DNA of 64,000 nucleotides. Source: an uncultured delta proteobacterium. Its GTDB lineage: Bacteria > Myxococcota_A > Polyangia > Fen-1088. Below, piece by piece: positions 1 to 9,929 of the stretch. The translations under genes were made by a program, and so were the position numbers. The notes under the pieces are model-generated. The model did no database searches. It saw only the letters and a list, made by a program, of their open reading frames with translations, and had not been told where the DNA came from. The stretch spans positions 1,088,001 to 1,152,000 of the forward strand of contig CAVYGB010000010.1 in the NCBI GenBank assembly GCA_963767925.1. Reading direction: 5' to 3'. Each line of letters opens with the position of its first letter. The stretch's first letter is position 1.

Positions 1-2643
1 TGCAGGCGGCGGGCGATCCGGTGGGAGGCCGACAGGGTGACGGCGTCGTAGGTGCGCTGGGGCTTGGGCTGCTCGGCCAGCCCCTCGAGGTTGGCCAGCT
101 TGGACTGCAGGGCCCCCAGCTCGGCCTCGAGCATCGGCCGGTCTCCCGCCCCCGCCCGCTCGAGCTGGGCCTGCTTGCCCTCGATCTCGCCGCGCACGGT
201 GCCGAGCGCCTCGGGCGAGACCCGGCCCGGGTTGGCCAGCACGAAGGTCCCGTCGGCGGCGGTGCCGTCCTCGAGCACCGCCCCCAGCCAGCGGTGCACG
301 AACTGCACCCCCAGCACGAGCCCGTCGATCACCTCGTAGTGGGCGCCGGTGACGATCTCGTCGTGGTATTGCCCGCGCAGCTCGGGCTGCACCGGGTAGT
401 TGGAGCCGTTGTTGTAGAAGGCGTAGGGGCTGCTGCCGGGCGGGTTCTGGGGCTGCAGGGCGCAGTCGCTGAACTCGCCCTGGCCCTTCCAGGCGGCGGG
501 CGGGTTCCGGCAGGCGGTGTTGTCGTAGTTGCGGATGAGGATCCCCTCGCCCCCGAAGTAGCGGGCGGCCAGGTTGAGGGGGACCGCCTCGAAGAAGCGG
601 CCGTAGTGCCCGAACAGCTTGGCCCGCCCCTCGTTGGTGGGGTCGTAGATGATGCCGCCCCGGAAGGCCAGGTTGCTGAGGTCGGCGAAGGGGTCGCCCC
701 GGAAGTCGTAGACCCGCTGGTGCTCGAAGCGGGCCCCGAGGTTGATGTTCAGGTTGGGCAGCACCGAGTAGCTGTCCTGCAGGAAGAAGGCCGGGCTGAG
801 GTTCTTGACCTGGGCCCGCAGCTCGTCCTGGTAGAGGGCGGCGGCCAGCTCGGCCGGTGAGCCGTTGCCCGCGGGGTCGAGATTGCCGGGGGCCCCGTCG
901 GCGAACTGGAAGGGGTAGCGGCCGCTCGGCAGGCTGAAGAACGACCAGACCGCGGTGTTGCCCGGGTAGTGCTGCACCAGGGCTCGGCTGCCGGCGGGGC
1001 CGCTGTAAAAGCGGGTCTGGTCGAGCGATCGACAGCTCGAGGCGAGCCCCGTATTTGACCTCGTGGGTGCCGCCCGCCGACAGCAGGTGGGTCGACTTGA
1101 GCTCGGCGCTCCAGCGCTGGGCGGAGTACGAGCGCAGGTGCCCGAAGCCGCCCGTGCGGTACAGGTCGACCGGGCAGGGATCGAAGGTCGTGGCGCTGGC
1201 CCCCGAGCCCCGGGCCTGGGGACGGCAGGCCTCGATCGCCTCGCGCTCGAACAGGCTGGTGCCGTGCCACTCCACCTGGTTGAGGTCGCTCATCTCCGGG
1301 TCGGCGCTCTGCTCCTTGTAGCGCTCGTCGTGCAGGCCGGCGGTCGCCTCCAGCTTCCAGCGGCGGTCGAAGAACTGGCCGGTCCAGCTCGCGATGATGT
1401 CGGTGTTGTTCTTGGTGAGCGTCTGCAGGGGCCAGCGCAGGTCGGCCGCCGCCTCGGCGTCGCCCAGGGTGCGGTCGAAGGCGTAACGCGAGGTGGTGGG
1501 CGAGCCGAGGACCCCCAGGGTCAGGCGCTGCTCGGGCCGGGGCAACCAGGTGAGCTTGCCCCCGTAGGCGTAGCTCTGCCGCCACTCGCTCGCGCGGTTG
1601 GACTGCACGAGCTGGGTCAGCGGATCGCCGCCCCCGTTGACGTCGGGCTGGCCGTCGCCGTCGCCGTCGACCTGGGCCTGGACGTCGCGCAGGAAGGCGC
1701 CCGACTCGCGCCGGGGGGCGATCCCCAGCCAGAAGAACAGGCGGTTGCGCACGAGGGGGCCGCCCACCTCGGCCCCGGCCTGCACGTCGTAGCCGCTGGT
1801 GTGCTGTCCCACCAGGGCGGAGCTGGCCCGGGCGACCTGGCGCGGGTCGGAGTCCAGCCAGGAGGGGGCCACCAGCGAGAAGGCGCTGCCCCGGTACTGG
1901 TTGGTGCCCGACTTGGTCACGACGTTGACCACGCCGCCCATGGCCCCGCCGTATTCGGCGGCGTACCCGCCGCTGGCCACCGACACCTCCTCGAGGAAGG
2001 CGAGCGGCAGGTTGGAGCCGCCCGAGGCGTTGGGGCGGGTGTTGAGCACGTCGCCGAGCTCGATGCCGGTGACGTTGAGGCCGTCGACGACGTAGACGTT
2101 CTCCAGCCCGCTGGCCCCCCCCACCGACACGCTGCCCGATCGATCGATGAAGGCGCCGGGCGCCCGGTCGAGGACGTCGCCGTAGGTGGTGCCGACCGGC
2201 ACGTTGCCGAGGTACTCCGCGCTGAGGGTCAGGCCGGTGCGGGCGGTCCCCAGGTCGACCGCCGGCGCGCGCCGCTCGATCACGTAGGTCTCGACCGCCT
2301 GGTTGGGCTGGGCCACCCGCAGGTTCACCCGCACGGTCTTGTCGGCCGAGACCAGCACGCCCGACTTCTCGGCGGCGGCGGTGGTGCCCACGGCGTAGAC
2401 CTTGATCTCGTAGCTGCCCACCGGCAGCGAGGACAGCCGGAACTCGCCCCGCTCGTCGGTGAGGGTGGCCTCCTCGCCCTGGGGCCCCGAGGCCATCACG
2501 GTCAACCCGGGCAGCGGGGCGGCGCTGGCGGCGTCGGTCACCCGGCCCACGATGTGGCCCCCGGTCTGCTGGGCCCCGGCAGGGCCGGCCAGCGCGCTCA
2601 GGGTGGCGGCGGCCAGCAGGGCGGCGCGAAGCAGGCGGGTCAC
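1..2643 (-). CDS. TonB-dependent receptor (Oar-like, N-terminal carboxypeptidase-regulatory-like domain); frameshift near 1027; 3' end outside window
   Basis: Manual translation from GTG 2643: signal peptide, 'GHIVGRVTD...GEFRLSSLPVGSY', plug motifs 'GGASGLENVYVVDGLN' and 'GGYAAEYGGAMGGVVNVVTKSGTN'. Barrel motifs 'FFLQDSYSVLPNLNINLGARFEHQ' follow in a different frame after ~1027. Confidence 0.85.
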   Translation of the reverse strand, partial: MTRLLRAALLAAATLSALAGPAGAQQTGGHIVGRVTDAASAAPLPGLTVMASGPQGEEATLTDERGEFRLSSLPVGSYEIKVYAVGTTAAAEKSGVLVSADKTVRVNLRVAQPNQAVETYVIERRAPAVDLGTARTGLTLSAEYLGNVPVGTTYGDVLDRAPGAFIDRSGSVSVGGASGLENVYVVDGLNVTGIELGDVLNTRPNASGGSNLPLAFLEEVSVASGGYAAEYGGAMGGVVNVVTKSGTNQYRGSAFSLVAPSWLDSDPRQVARASSALVGQHTSGYDVQAGAEVGGPLVRNRLFFWLGIAPRRESGAFLRDVQAQVDGDGDGQPDVNGGGDPLTQLVQSNRASEWRQSYAYGGKLTWLPRPEQRLTLGVLGSPTTSRYAFDRTLGDAEAAADLRWPLQTLTKNNTDIIASWTGQFFDRRWKLEATAGLHDERYKEQSADPEMSDLNQVEWHGTSLFEREAIEACRPQARGSGASATTFDPCPVDLYRTGGFGHLRSYSAQRWSAELKSTHLLSAGGTHEVKYGARLELSIARPDPLLQRPRRQPSPGAALPGQHRGLVVLQPAERPLPLPVRRRGPRQSRPRGQRLTGRAGRRPLPGRAAGPGQEPQPGLLPAGQLLGAAQPEHQPRGPLRAPAGLRLPGRPLRRPQQPGLPGRHHLRPHQRGAGQAVRALRPLLRGGPPQPGRPLLRGRGDPHPQLRQHRLPEPARRLEGPGRVQRLRPAAPEPARQQPLRLLQQRLQLPGAARAARAIPRRDRHRRPLRGDRRARAGGAVRAPLAGGGARGRHRRRRDLRAGQPGPGLARGARHRARRDRGQAGPARAGGGGRPADARGRAGGPAVQAGQPRGAGRAAQAPAHLRRRHPVGLPPDRPPPA

Positions 2644-3512
2644 GGGGCCACCTCGAAGGTGAGGGCGGTCTCCGACAGCAGGGTCACGCCGAGGGCGTCG
2701 GCCGCCGCCTCGTCGACCGTCACCTTGATGCGGGACCCGGAGGGCCAGGACCCCTCGGCCGGCGCCACCGTCCAGCGGGTGGGATCGCTGGCGTCGGCGG
2801 CAACCTTTGATTCGACCTCGGGCAGCGGCGCGCCCGCCCGGTCGAACACCTCGACCGAGATCTGGTTCTCGATCCCTTCACCCGGCAAGTTGCTGAAGCT
2901 GACCGCCAGGCGGGACGCGCCCGGCAGCGGCTGCCCCTCGGGGGGCGCCTCCATCGCGGCGATGGTGGCCACGAAGGGGACGGTGGCGAAGTCGAGCGTG
3001 TCGCCCACCCCCTCGGCGGCGACGAAGGGCCCGGCGCCGTCCTTGCTCTGGACGCGATCCTTGTCGAGCGACACCTTGATGGGGGTGCCCGAGGGCAAGG
3101 TCGGCTGCGGGCTCACAACCAGCGCCGGGCCGCTCGGGAAGATGAGCTTGAACTTCGTGTGGCCGTTGGGGATGTAGGTCGTCAGCGTACCGGGCTCGCC
3201 GCTGGCCTCGATGAGGGCCACCTCGCTGCTGGCGACCGGCTTGCCCTCGACGATCTCCTCGATCTGGGTGGGGTCGAGCAGGCGATCGAACCGGAAGACG
3301 AACGACACCCGCGGGGAGATGGGCTTGAAGGCGCCGCCGCTGTCGGGCTCGAGCATCAGTGGCGCCCCCGTGGCGTCGAAGATGTCGATCCCCAGGAGCA
3401 CCGGAGGCCCGACCGGCCCGTCGCTGCCGCCGCATCCGAAGGCACACGCCAGAAGGCTCGGCCAGGCCCGCTGCAAGGTCCGTCTCAGGGTCGCGGGTAC
3501 AGTTGGTCTCAT
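2640..3512 (-). CDS. Lipoprotein with probable Ig-like domains, coupled to the TonB receptor
   Basis: Lipobox-like 'LLACAFG-C', beta-rich 'FVFRFDRLLDP' and 'LAVSFSN' segments. Its stop overlaps the receptor start (GTGA at 2640-2643). Confidence 0.7.
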   Translation of the reverse strand: MRPTVPATLRRTLQRAWPSLLACAFGCGGSDGPVGPPVLLGIDIFDATGAPLMLEPDSGGAFKPISPRVSFVFRFDRLLDPTQIEEIVEGKPVASSEVALIEASGEPGTLTTYIPNGHTKFKLIFPSGPALVVSPQPTLPSGTPIKVSLDKDRVQSKDGAGPFVAAEGVGDTLDFATVPFVATIAAMEAPPEGQPLPGASRLAVSFSNLPGEGIENQISVEVFDRAGAPLPEVESKVAADASDPTRWTVAPAEGSWPSGSRIKVTVDEAAADALGVTLLSETALTFEVAP

Positions 3513-3829
3513 GTGGGTTCCCTTGGCCCTATTCGCCGGTTCGCCGGATCAGCTTGAGGGAAAAAACCGCGAGCCGGATCGGGGACCACGCCCGAGCCGC
3601 GTGACGTCTGGCCCGGCAGCACACGGACACTTGCGCTCGCCGAGAACCTGCCGAACATCTCGGGCGTGCTCAGCCGGTCGACCGGGTCGACCCGCCAGAC
3701 CCGGGCCGCCGCCCAGGACCTGCAGGGCCGGACCGACCGCCTGAACCGGGTGGTCGCCCAGGCCCAGGCGGGCGAGGTCGCCCACCCCGGCCCCGATCCG
3801 ACCGGTCAGGACAGCGAACGGCTCGGGGG

Positions 3830-4129
3830 TCAGGCGGTCTTGCGGCGGGGCAGCGGGGTGGCGCGGGCGGGGCCCCGGCGGTCGTCGAGCTGGCGCTCGA
3901 TCCGGGCGGCCTCCTCGGGCGCGTGGACGTAGGCCACCCCCTCGGCGAAGAGCGCGCGCAGGCCCCGGCGCTCGACCGCCTCGGCGAGCGCGGGGAACTC
4001 GCTGTCGCTCGCGCGCAGCTCGTCCCCCGGGTCCAGCGACTCGGCCGCCCGATCGACGTCGCCCCGGTCGAGCCACCAGCGGGCCCAATCCATCCGGCTC
4101 CAGTCGCTGCCGTCGTCGTCCTGCATCAC
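3830..4129 (-). CDS. Hypothetical protein
   Basis: 99-aa ORF with G/C-ending codons; no recognisable motif. Confidence 0.55.
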   Translation of the reverse strand: MMQDDDGSDWSRMDWARWWLDRGDVDRAAESLDPGDELRASDSEFPALAEAVERRGLRALFAEGVAYVHAPEEAARIERQLDDRRGPARATPLPRRKTA

Positions 4130-4249
4130 GATCCCCCGCCCACAACTATAACGCCTGCCGCAGCCCCCGGGTGATGGTGGAGAGCGGCAAAATGCCGGGC
4201 GGCAACCCGCCCGCGCCCGGGCCCGAAGTGGGCACAGGGGACTGGTGCC

Positions 4250-5191
4250 TCACCAGGGGGCCTGAAACAGGCGCTCGAAGCGGTCGGTGGTGGCGGGGGC
4301 GCCGGCGTAGGTGCGGCCGCTGCAGGTCGTCGCGGAGGCGACGCCGACCCAGGGCTGCGGATCGAGCGAGCGACACACCGGGCGCAGCCCGTCGACCGTG
4401 ACCGGCAGGGGGTGGGCGGCGTCGGGGGCGGCCAGCCAGGCGATGCGGTCGCGCTCGGCCTGGTACAGGCGCTCGTGGTCGCCGGCGCGCAGCGATTCGA
4501 TCTGCCACTGCTGGTGGGCGGCGCCCGTGCAGGCGGCCAGCACCAGGGCGGCTCCGTCGGCGCGGCTCTGACCGGCGACCTCGAGGCAGCGGGCGTCGGC
4601 CCCCCGCAGGGAGAAGGTGTTGCCGGTGCGGACCGCCTGCCAGAGCTGACCGGGGCTGCCGTCGCAGGCGCGCTGGCCGAAGCTGGCCCCCATGGTGAGG
4701 CCGGCCAGCCCGGTGGCCATCACCGCGCGGTCCAGGCAGCGGCCGCTGCCGGCGTTCACCAGGGCCCAGCCGGCGACCGGGCCGCCGCGCAGGCTCCAGC
4801 GCTGGTTGTCCCCGCCGTTGCAGGTCCACTGCTGCACCCGCGCGCCGTCGCGCCCGCTGGCCCCGTCGACGTCGAGGCAGCGGCCGGCGTGGTAGGTGGT
4901 GATCGCCACCGGCGGCAACATCGCCGGCGAATCCGCGGGCAAAGCCGGGGGCGGATCCCCGTCGACGATCCGGCAGGCGCCGTCCTGCTCGAACCCCAGC
5001 CGCTGCCCCTGGCGCAGGCGGCACAGCGGGAAGCCGGGCGCCGCCGCGACGGTGCGCGGGGGCTGCGGCGACCCGGGGTCGGCCAGGGGATCCAGGTCGA
5101 ACAGATCGAAGGCCCGCGCCGGCACCCAGCGCAGGGCATGGCGGTCGCCCGGCACCTGGCGCGCGCGCGCCGCCTGCCACAGCTCGACCAC
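4250..5191 (-). CDS. Ricin-type beta-trefoil lectin domain protein (start uncertain)
   Basis: 'GRCLDVDGASGRDGARVQQWTCNGGDNQRW', 'SGRCLD...GQLW', 'RCLEVAG...AHQQW' QxW repeats. Confidence 0.8.
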   Translation of the reverse strand: MVELWQAARARQVPGDRHALRWVPARAFDLFDLDPLADPGSPQPPRTVAAAPGFPLCRLRQGQRLGFEQDGACRIVDGDPPPALPADSPAMLPPVAITTYHAGRCLDVDGASGRDGARVQQWTCNGGDNQRWSLRGGPVAGWALVNAGSGRCLDRAVMATGLAGLTMGASFGQRACDGSPGQLWQAVRTGNTFSLRGADARCLEVAGQSRADGAALVLAACTGAAHQQWQIESLRAGDHERLYQAERDRIAWLAAPDAAHPLPVTVDGLRPVCRSLDPQPWVGVASATTCSGRTYAGAPATTDRFERLFQAPW

Positions 5192-5330
5192 GCCGCGGGC
5201 CGACCGGTAGAGCGGCTCGAGGTCGGCGAGGGTCAGGCCTACATACGTCTTACTGAACGATAGTCAACACTCGCGCGCATCCCCCTGCCCCGCCGCCGGG
5301 TTGACCGTCGGCTCGGGCGGCCAATCGTCA

Positions 5331-5732
5331 CTACGGGGCGGTGGCGCTGTCGAGCAGCCGGCGCAGGACCTCGAGGTCGACCGGCTTGACCAGGTGCTCG
5401 TCGAATCCGGCCTCCTGGGTCTTGCGGCGGTCCTCGTCCTGGGCCCAGCCGGTCAGGGCGACGATCTTCATCGGCCGCCCGTCGCACTCGCTCCGGATGC
5501 GGCGCGCGGCCTCGTAGCCGTCGACCTTCGGCATCCCGAGGTCCAGCAGCGCCACGTCGGGCCGGAACGACCGCGCCACCTCGACCGCCTGAGCGCCGTC
5601 GTAGGCGATCGAGACCTCGCCGCCGAGCGCAGCCAGCAGCTCCGCCAGGCTCTCGGCCCCATCCCGGTTGTCATCGGCGACCAGCACCCGGCAGGCGCTG
5701 GGCCCCCCTGTATGAGCTGAACGCACCATCAT
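5331..5732 (-). CDS. Single-domain response regulator (receiver)
   Basis: 'VLVADDN', 'LLDLGMP', 'VALTGW', 'HLVKPVD'. Confidence 0.88.
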   Translation of the reverse strand: MMVRSAHTGGPSACRVLVADDNRDGAESLAELLAALGGEVSIAYDGAQAVEVARSFRPDVALLDLGMPKVDGYEAARRIRSECDGRPMKIVALTGWAQDEDRRKTQEAGFDEHLVKPVDLEVLRRLLDSATAP

Positions 5733-5846
5733 CGCAGGCGCTATATAGACACCCGCTCCTGTCCGTCAATCACGTCCAGGCCCGGACCCTACCACCCGGG
5801 CCGTGCGTGACCAGGTCGTCCCAGCACCGGGGTGGGACCTGGTCGC

Positions 5847-6383
5847 CTAACGGCGCAGCTCGTAGAGGGGGGGCTGGGGCGCCGGCGTGAGGAGGCGCAG
5901 GCGGGAGAAGCCGGCCTGACGGATGAGGGGCGCGAGGTCGTCGCGCTGGCCAGGCAGATGCAAGGCCTCGAGCAGCAGGCAGGTGCCCTCGGGCAGGAGC
6001 GCGTTGCGGATGGCGTTGAGGACACGGCGCGGGTCGGGGTGACGCTGGCGAAGGCGCTCGGCGGTGACGAGAGCGAAGGTGGCGCGCGGCAGGCGGGTGG
6101 AGTCGTCGACGGCGAAGGTCAGGCGGTGCGCCAGGGCGGCGGCGCGGGCCAGCTCGCGGGCGCGGGCGATGGCGGGCGGGTGTGGATCGTGGCCGACCAC
6201 CTGGGCCTCGGGGAAGGTCTCGGCCAGCGCCAGGCAGGCCAGGCCCGAGCCGCAGCCGACCTCGAGGGCGGTCCCGCCGGCCGTCAGGGCGCGGGTGATG
6301 GCCGCCGGGAGCGCGTGCCAGGTGGCCGACCAGAGGGCGCCCAGGCGTCGCTCGGGGGGCGTCCTCGGTTTCGGGCTGCTCAT
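5847..6383 (-). CDS. Class I SAM-dependent methyltransferase (short, possibly degenerate)
   Basis: 'ALEVGCGSG' motif I; 'AIRNALLPEGTCLLLE'. Confidence 0.78.
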   Translation of the reverse strand: MSSPKPRTPPERRLGALWSATWHALPAAITRALTAGGTALEVGCGSGLACLALAETFPEAQVVGHDPHPPAIARARELARAAALAHRLTFAVDDSTRLPRATFALVTAERLRQRHPDPRRVLNAIRNALLPEGTCLLLEALHLPGQRDDLAPLIRQAGFSRLRLLTPAPQPPLYELRR

Positions 6384-6422
6384 GGTGCCACCTCTCGCTC
6401 CGGGATCGAGGCGTGACGGGAG

Positions 6423-6439
6423 GAGGAACAGTGTTCCTC
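6423..6439. promoter_or_regulatory. Palindromic operator GAGGAACA-G-TGTTCCTC
   Basis: Perfect 8-1-8 inverted repeat 40 bp upstream of the methyltransferase start; same core recurs at 10869-10885. Confidence 0.6.
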
Positions 6440-6452
6440 GGCGGGCGGCCAG

Positions 6453-9400
6453 CTACAGGGGGTCGTAGCTGCAGAAGGTGCCGGTGCGGACGGTGCGGTC
6501 GAGGTAGGCGCCGAGGGCGGGGATCGACTCGCCGATCTTGCGGATGGCCCCCCGGATGCGGCGCTGGACGTTGGTGCGGGCCCGCTCGGCGGCGCTGCCG
6601 GTGCGGCGCGCGCGGCCGCCCAGGCCGACCCCGGCGGCCAGCTCGGCGGCGATGGCGGCGCGCTCCTCGCGGGCCTGGGCGGCGCGGGTGGCATCGCCGA
6701 AGGACTCCGCCTCGGCGATGGTGTCGTCGAGCTCCTCGACGCGCGCGCGGTACTCGGCGATAGCCTCGGCGTCGAGGGCCTCGCCCGCGTCGCCGGACAG
6801 GTCGGCCTCGCCGGTGGTGCCCGACAGGGCCAGGACGTGCTGCTCGCGGCCCGGATGGGCGCACAGCTCGGCGAGGAGCTGCATGCCCCTCGTGTCCTTC
6901 AGGCGGCAGATCGCCTCGCCCGAGGTGACGGTCCAGTAGTCGCCCTCGCGCACGAACGCAAACGGCGGCGCGGCCGGGAGCGCGGGGGGCGCGGGCGCCG
7001 CTGCCGGCGGGGAGCCCTCGGTCTCCGGGCGCGGGGGGCCCGGTCGCGCGGGCGCCGCCGCAGCGAGGCCCGCCGCGGCCTCGTCGAGCTCGGCCAGGCG
7101 GGTCTGCAGGATGGCGAGGCCCAGGCGGTCGGCGAGGACCCGGGCCTCGGCGACCAGGGCCCGGGCGCCCGGGCGATTGCCGCGCAGGAGCTGGAGGCGG
7201 GCGTGCCAGTACAGGTTCTGGGCCAGGTGGGGGTGCAGCTCGGCCGTACGCGCGAGGTTGGCGGCGGCGGTGAAGTGGCGATCCGCGCCCTCGAGCTCGC
7301 CCGCCACCATGGCCAGCATGCCGAGCGCGGTGTCGCCAGGGCCGCCGCAGGACATGCCGGCCCGACCGAAGGCGATGATGTGACCCGCCGTCGACAGCAT
7401 GAGGGGGTACAGCGCGCGCGCCCGCTCCCGGTCATCGAGGAGGGCGACTGGCTCGACCATCAGCGCGTACAGGCGGTGATCGCCGAACACGCTGGCGTCG
7501 CCCAGATCGATCTGGTCGAGACGCTGGCGGAGCGGAGGCAGGTCCGACAGCCGCGCCCGCACGGCGGCGATGGGGAGGTGGGTGAAGGCGGGCGGCAGCT
7601 CGGGAATGTCGGGGGCGTTCTGCACGAGCTGGATCTGCTCCTCGGCGGCCAGCATCTCGTCGAGCCGCTCGCTCTCCAGGGCCCGGCCGTGGCGGGACCA
7701 GGCCAGGACGAAGCGGGTGGGCGGATCGGGGTCCCCCTCGGCCAGCGCGACCGCCTCCTCGTACAGGCGCCCGGCGGTGTCGAAGTGGCCCTGGGCGCTC
7801 ACCAGCATCGCCCGCATCAGGCGGCCCGGGTATACGTGGCGGGCCTGGCGGAACCCGCGGGCCTGCAGCTCGTAGGCGTCGAGGGCCCTGGTCGCGTGCG
7901 CCGGGGAGCCCAGCTCGAAGCGGTCGAACACCAGGCGCGACTGGGCCCGCATGACCTGGAAGCGATCGCCGGCCGCGGTGGCCAGCGCCAGCAGCTCCTC
8001 GCTCACCGCCGCCCGCTCGGCGGGCGGGGCGTAGTCGGCCAGGGCGGCCCCACCCGCCAGCAGGACGGTTCGCAAGATGCTGGGATCGCCGATGGCCCGG
8101 GCCATGGCGAGGGCCTCCCGGGCCATCGCCATCGGCACCTGCACGTCGCGGGCGGGCTGCAAGGTGGCGGCCAGCCGGGCCAGCACCTGGGCCCGCCAGC
8201 CGTCGGGCCCGGCCGGCAACCGGTCCAGCGCTTCCCGCAGCAGGGTCACCAGGGTGGGATCGCTCTGGGCCAGCATCAGCTCGGCGCCGTAGCCGAGGGC
8301 CGCCCGGGCCAGCAGATCGCCGGCCCCCAGCCGCCGGGCCTCGGCGGCGGCGGCGCTGCAGGCGGCCCGCCCGCGACCCGGATCGCCCGCCCGCATCCAG
8401 GCCGTCCCCTCGAGCAGCTCCAGCTCGCACAGGTCGCGCCGATCGGGCGCCGGGCGGGCCTCGACCGCCTGGCGGGTCCGCTGCAGCAGCAGGGCCGCGT
8501 CCTCGAAGGCCAGCAGCGCCATGGCCCGCTCGGCCGCCACCCGCGCCGCGCCCGCCGCCTTGACCGCGTCCCCCTCGGGCAGGGCCGCCAGCCGGTGGTG
8601 GGCGATCTCGGCGACCGCGGCGTCGCCCCGCGCGGAGGCCTCGAGGGCCGCGGCCACCCGCTCGTGGGCCCCGGCCCGGGCGGCGGGATCGATCTCCCGG
8701 TACAGCGCCTCTCGCACCAGCACGTGGGAAAAGCGCCAGCTCCCCCGGGCCTGCGCCTGCACCAGGCCGGCGCGCTCGGCCTCCTCCAGCCGGCGCTCGA
8801 GCTCGACCGAGCTGGCCCCGCCCACCGCCAGCAGCAGCGCGAGGGGAAAGTCGCGCCCCACCACCGAGGCGGCGGCCAGCGCCGCCCGGGTCTCGGGGCC
8901 CAGGCGGGCGATCCGGCGGCCGATGACCTCCCGGACCGTGTCGGGGATGGGGAGGGCCGCAGCCTCACGGGGTGCGGGCCCCAGCTCCCCGCGGGCGGCC
9001 ATGAGGCGCAGCAGCTCGTTGAGGAACAGCGGGTTGCCCTCGGTGGCGCGCTCGACGGCGTCGACCAGGCCCGCGTCCGCGGGCCGCCCGGCGGCGCCCG
9101 CGACAAGGGCGGCGATGCCGGCGCGATCCAGAGGGGCGAGCGGCAGGTAGGCCCCCTCGCGCGCGACGTCGGTGAGCAGGCGCCCGACCTCGGCCGACAG
9201 GCGCGCCTCCTCGTCGCGGTAGGTGCCCACCACCAGCGCGCGCAGGCCGCGCAGGTTGCGGGCCAGGAAGTGCAGCATCGCCAGGGACGAGGGATCGGCC
9301 GCGTGGAGGTCGTCGAGGACCAGCAACAGCGGGGTGCGCTCGCCCGCCGCGCGCAGCAGCGCCACCGTCGCCTCGAACAGCCGGAAGCGGGCCTGCATCG

Positions 9401-9881
9401 GATCCGCCGAGGCGCTGGCGGCCGACCCCTCGCCCGCCGCTCCGGCGACCGCTTCGGCCCCCGGGGTGGCCGCCGTCGTCGGGCCCCCCGCCACCTCCGG
9501 CAGCAGGGTCGCCAGCACCCGGGCGGCGGGCCCCGCCGCCTGCAGCGACGCCGCCCCCTCCACCCCCCGCACCAGCTCGCGCAGCACCTGGATCCAGGGC
9601 CAATACGCGGGCGCCCCCCCGGTCTCCCAGCAGCGGCCCCACAGCGGGCGCAGGCCGCGGGCCTCGGCGGCGCGGGCCGCCTCGTCGGCGAGGCGGGTCT
9701 TGCCGATGCCGGGGGCCCCGACCAGCAGGAACAGCCCGCCCCGGCCGGCCACCGCCTCGTCGATCGCGCCGGACAGCTCGTCGAGCTCCCGATCGCGCCC
9801 CACGAACAGCCGCCGACTCCCGGTCATCGTGGCCTCGTTTGCCATGTGTCGCCGCCTGCTGTCCAGTCGGAGAAGAGGCAA
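6453..9881 (-). CDS. STAND-type AAA ATPase / TPR transcriptional regulator with C-terminal putative DNA-binding domain
   Basis: 'FVGRDRELDEL', Walker A 'GAPGIGKT', Walker B 'LLVLDDLHAAD', 'EGNPLFL', helical repeats, C-terminal 'AERARTNVQRRIRGAI...VRTGTFCSYDP'. Confidence 0.85.
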   Translation of the reverse strand: MPLLRLDSRRRHMANEATMTGSRRLFVGRDRELDELSGAIDEAVAGRGGLFLLVGAPGIGKTRLADEAARAAEARGLRPLWGRCWETGGAPAYWPWIQVLRELVRGVEGAASLQAAGPAARVLATLLPEVAGGPTTAATPGAEAVAGAAGEGSAASASADPMQARFRLFEATVALLRAAGERTPLLLVLDDLHAADPSSLAMLHFLARNLRGLRALVVGTYRDEEARLSAEVGRLLTDVAREGAYLPLAPLDRAGIAALVAGAAGRPADAGLVDAVERATEGNPLFLNELLRLMAARGELGPAPREAAALPIPDTVREVIGRRIARLGPETRAALAAASVVGRDFPLALLLAVGGASSVELERRLEEAERAGLVQAQARGSWRFSHVLVREALYREIDPAARAGAHERVAAALEASARGDAAVAEIAHHRLAALPEGDAVKAAGAARVAAERAMALLAFEDAALLLQRTRQAVEARPAPDRRDLCELELLEGTAWMRAGDPGRGRAACSAAAAEARRLGAGDLLARAALGYGAELMLAQSDPTLVTLLREALDRLPAGPDGWRAQVLARLAATLQPARDVQVPMAMAREALAMARAIGDPSILRTVLLAGGAALADYAPPAERAAVSEELLALATAAGDRFQVMRAQSRLVFDRFELGSPAHATRALDAYELQARGFRQARHVYPGRLMRAMLVSAQGHFDTAGRLYEEAVALAEGDPDPPTRFVLAWSRHGRALESERLDEMLAAEEQIQLVQNAPDIPELPPAFTHLPIAAVRARLSDLPPLRQRLDQIDLGDASVFGDHRLYALMVEPVALLDDRERARALYPLMLSTAGHIIAFGRAGMSCGGPGDTALGMLAMVAGELEGADRHFTAAANLARTAELHPHLAQNLYWHARLQLLRGNRPGARALVAEARVLADRLGLAILQTRLAELDEAAAGLAAAAPARPGPPRPETEGSPPAAAPAPPALPAAPPFAFVREGDYWTVTSGEAICRLKDTRGMQLLAELCAHPGREQHVLALSGTTGEADLSGDAGEALDAEAIAEYRARVEELDDTIAEAESFGDATRAAQAREERAAIAAELAAGVGLGGRARRTGSAAERARTNVQRRIRGAIRKIGESIPALGAYLDRTVRTGTFCSYDPL

Positions 9882-9929
9882 CGCGGGCGCCCGGCCGCTC
9901 CGCGTTGCCCGTCGTTCGAGGTCCGGGCG

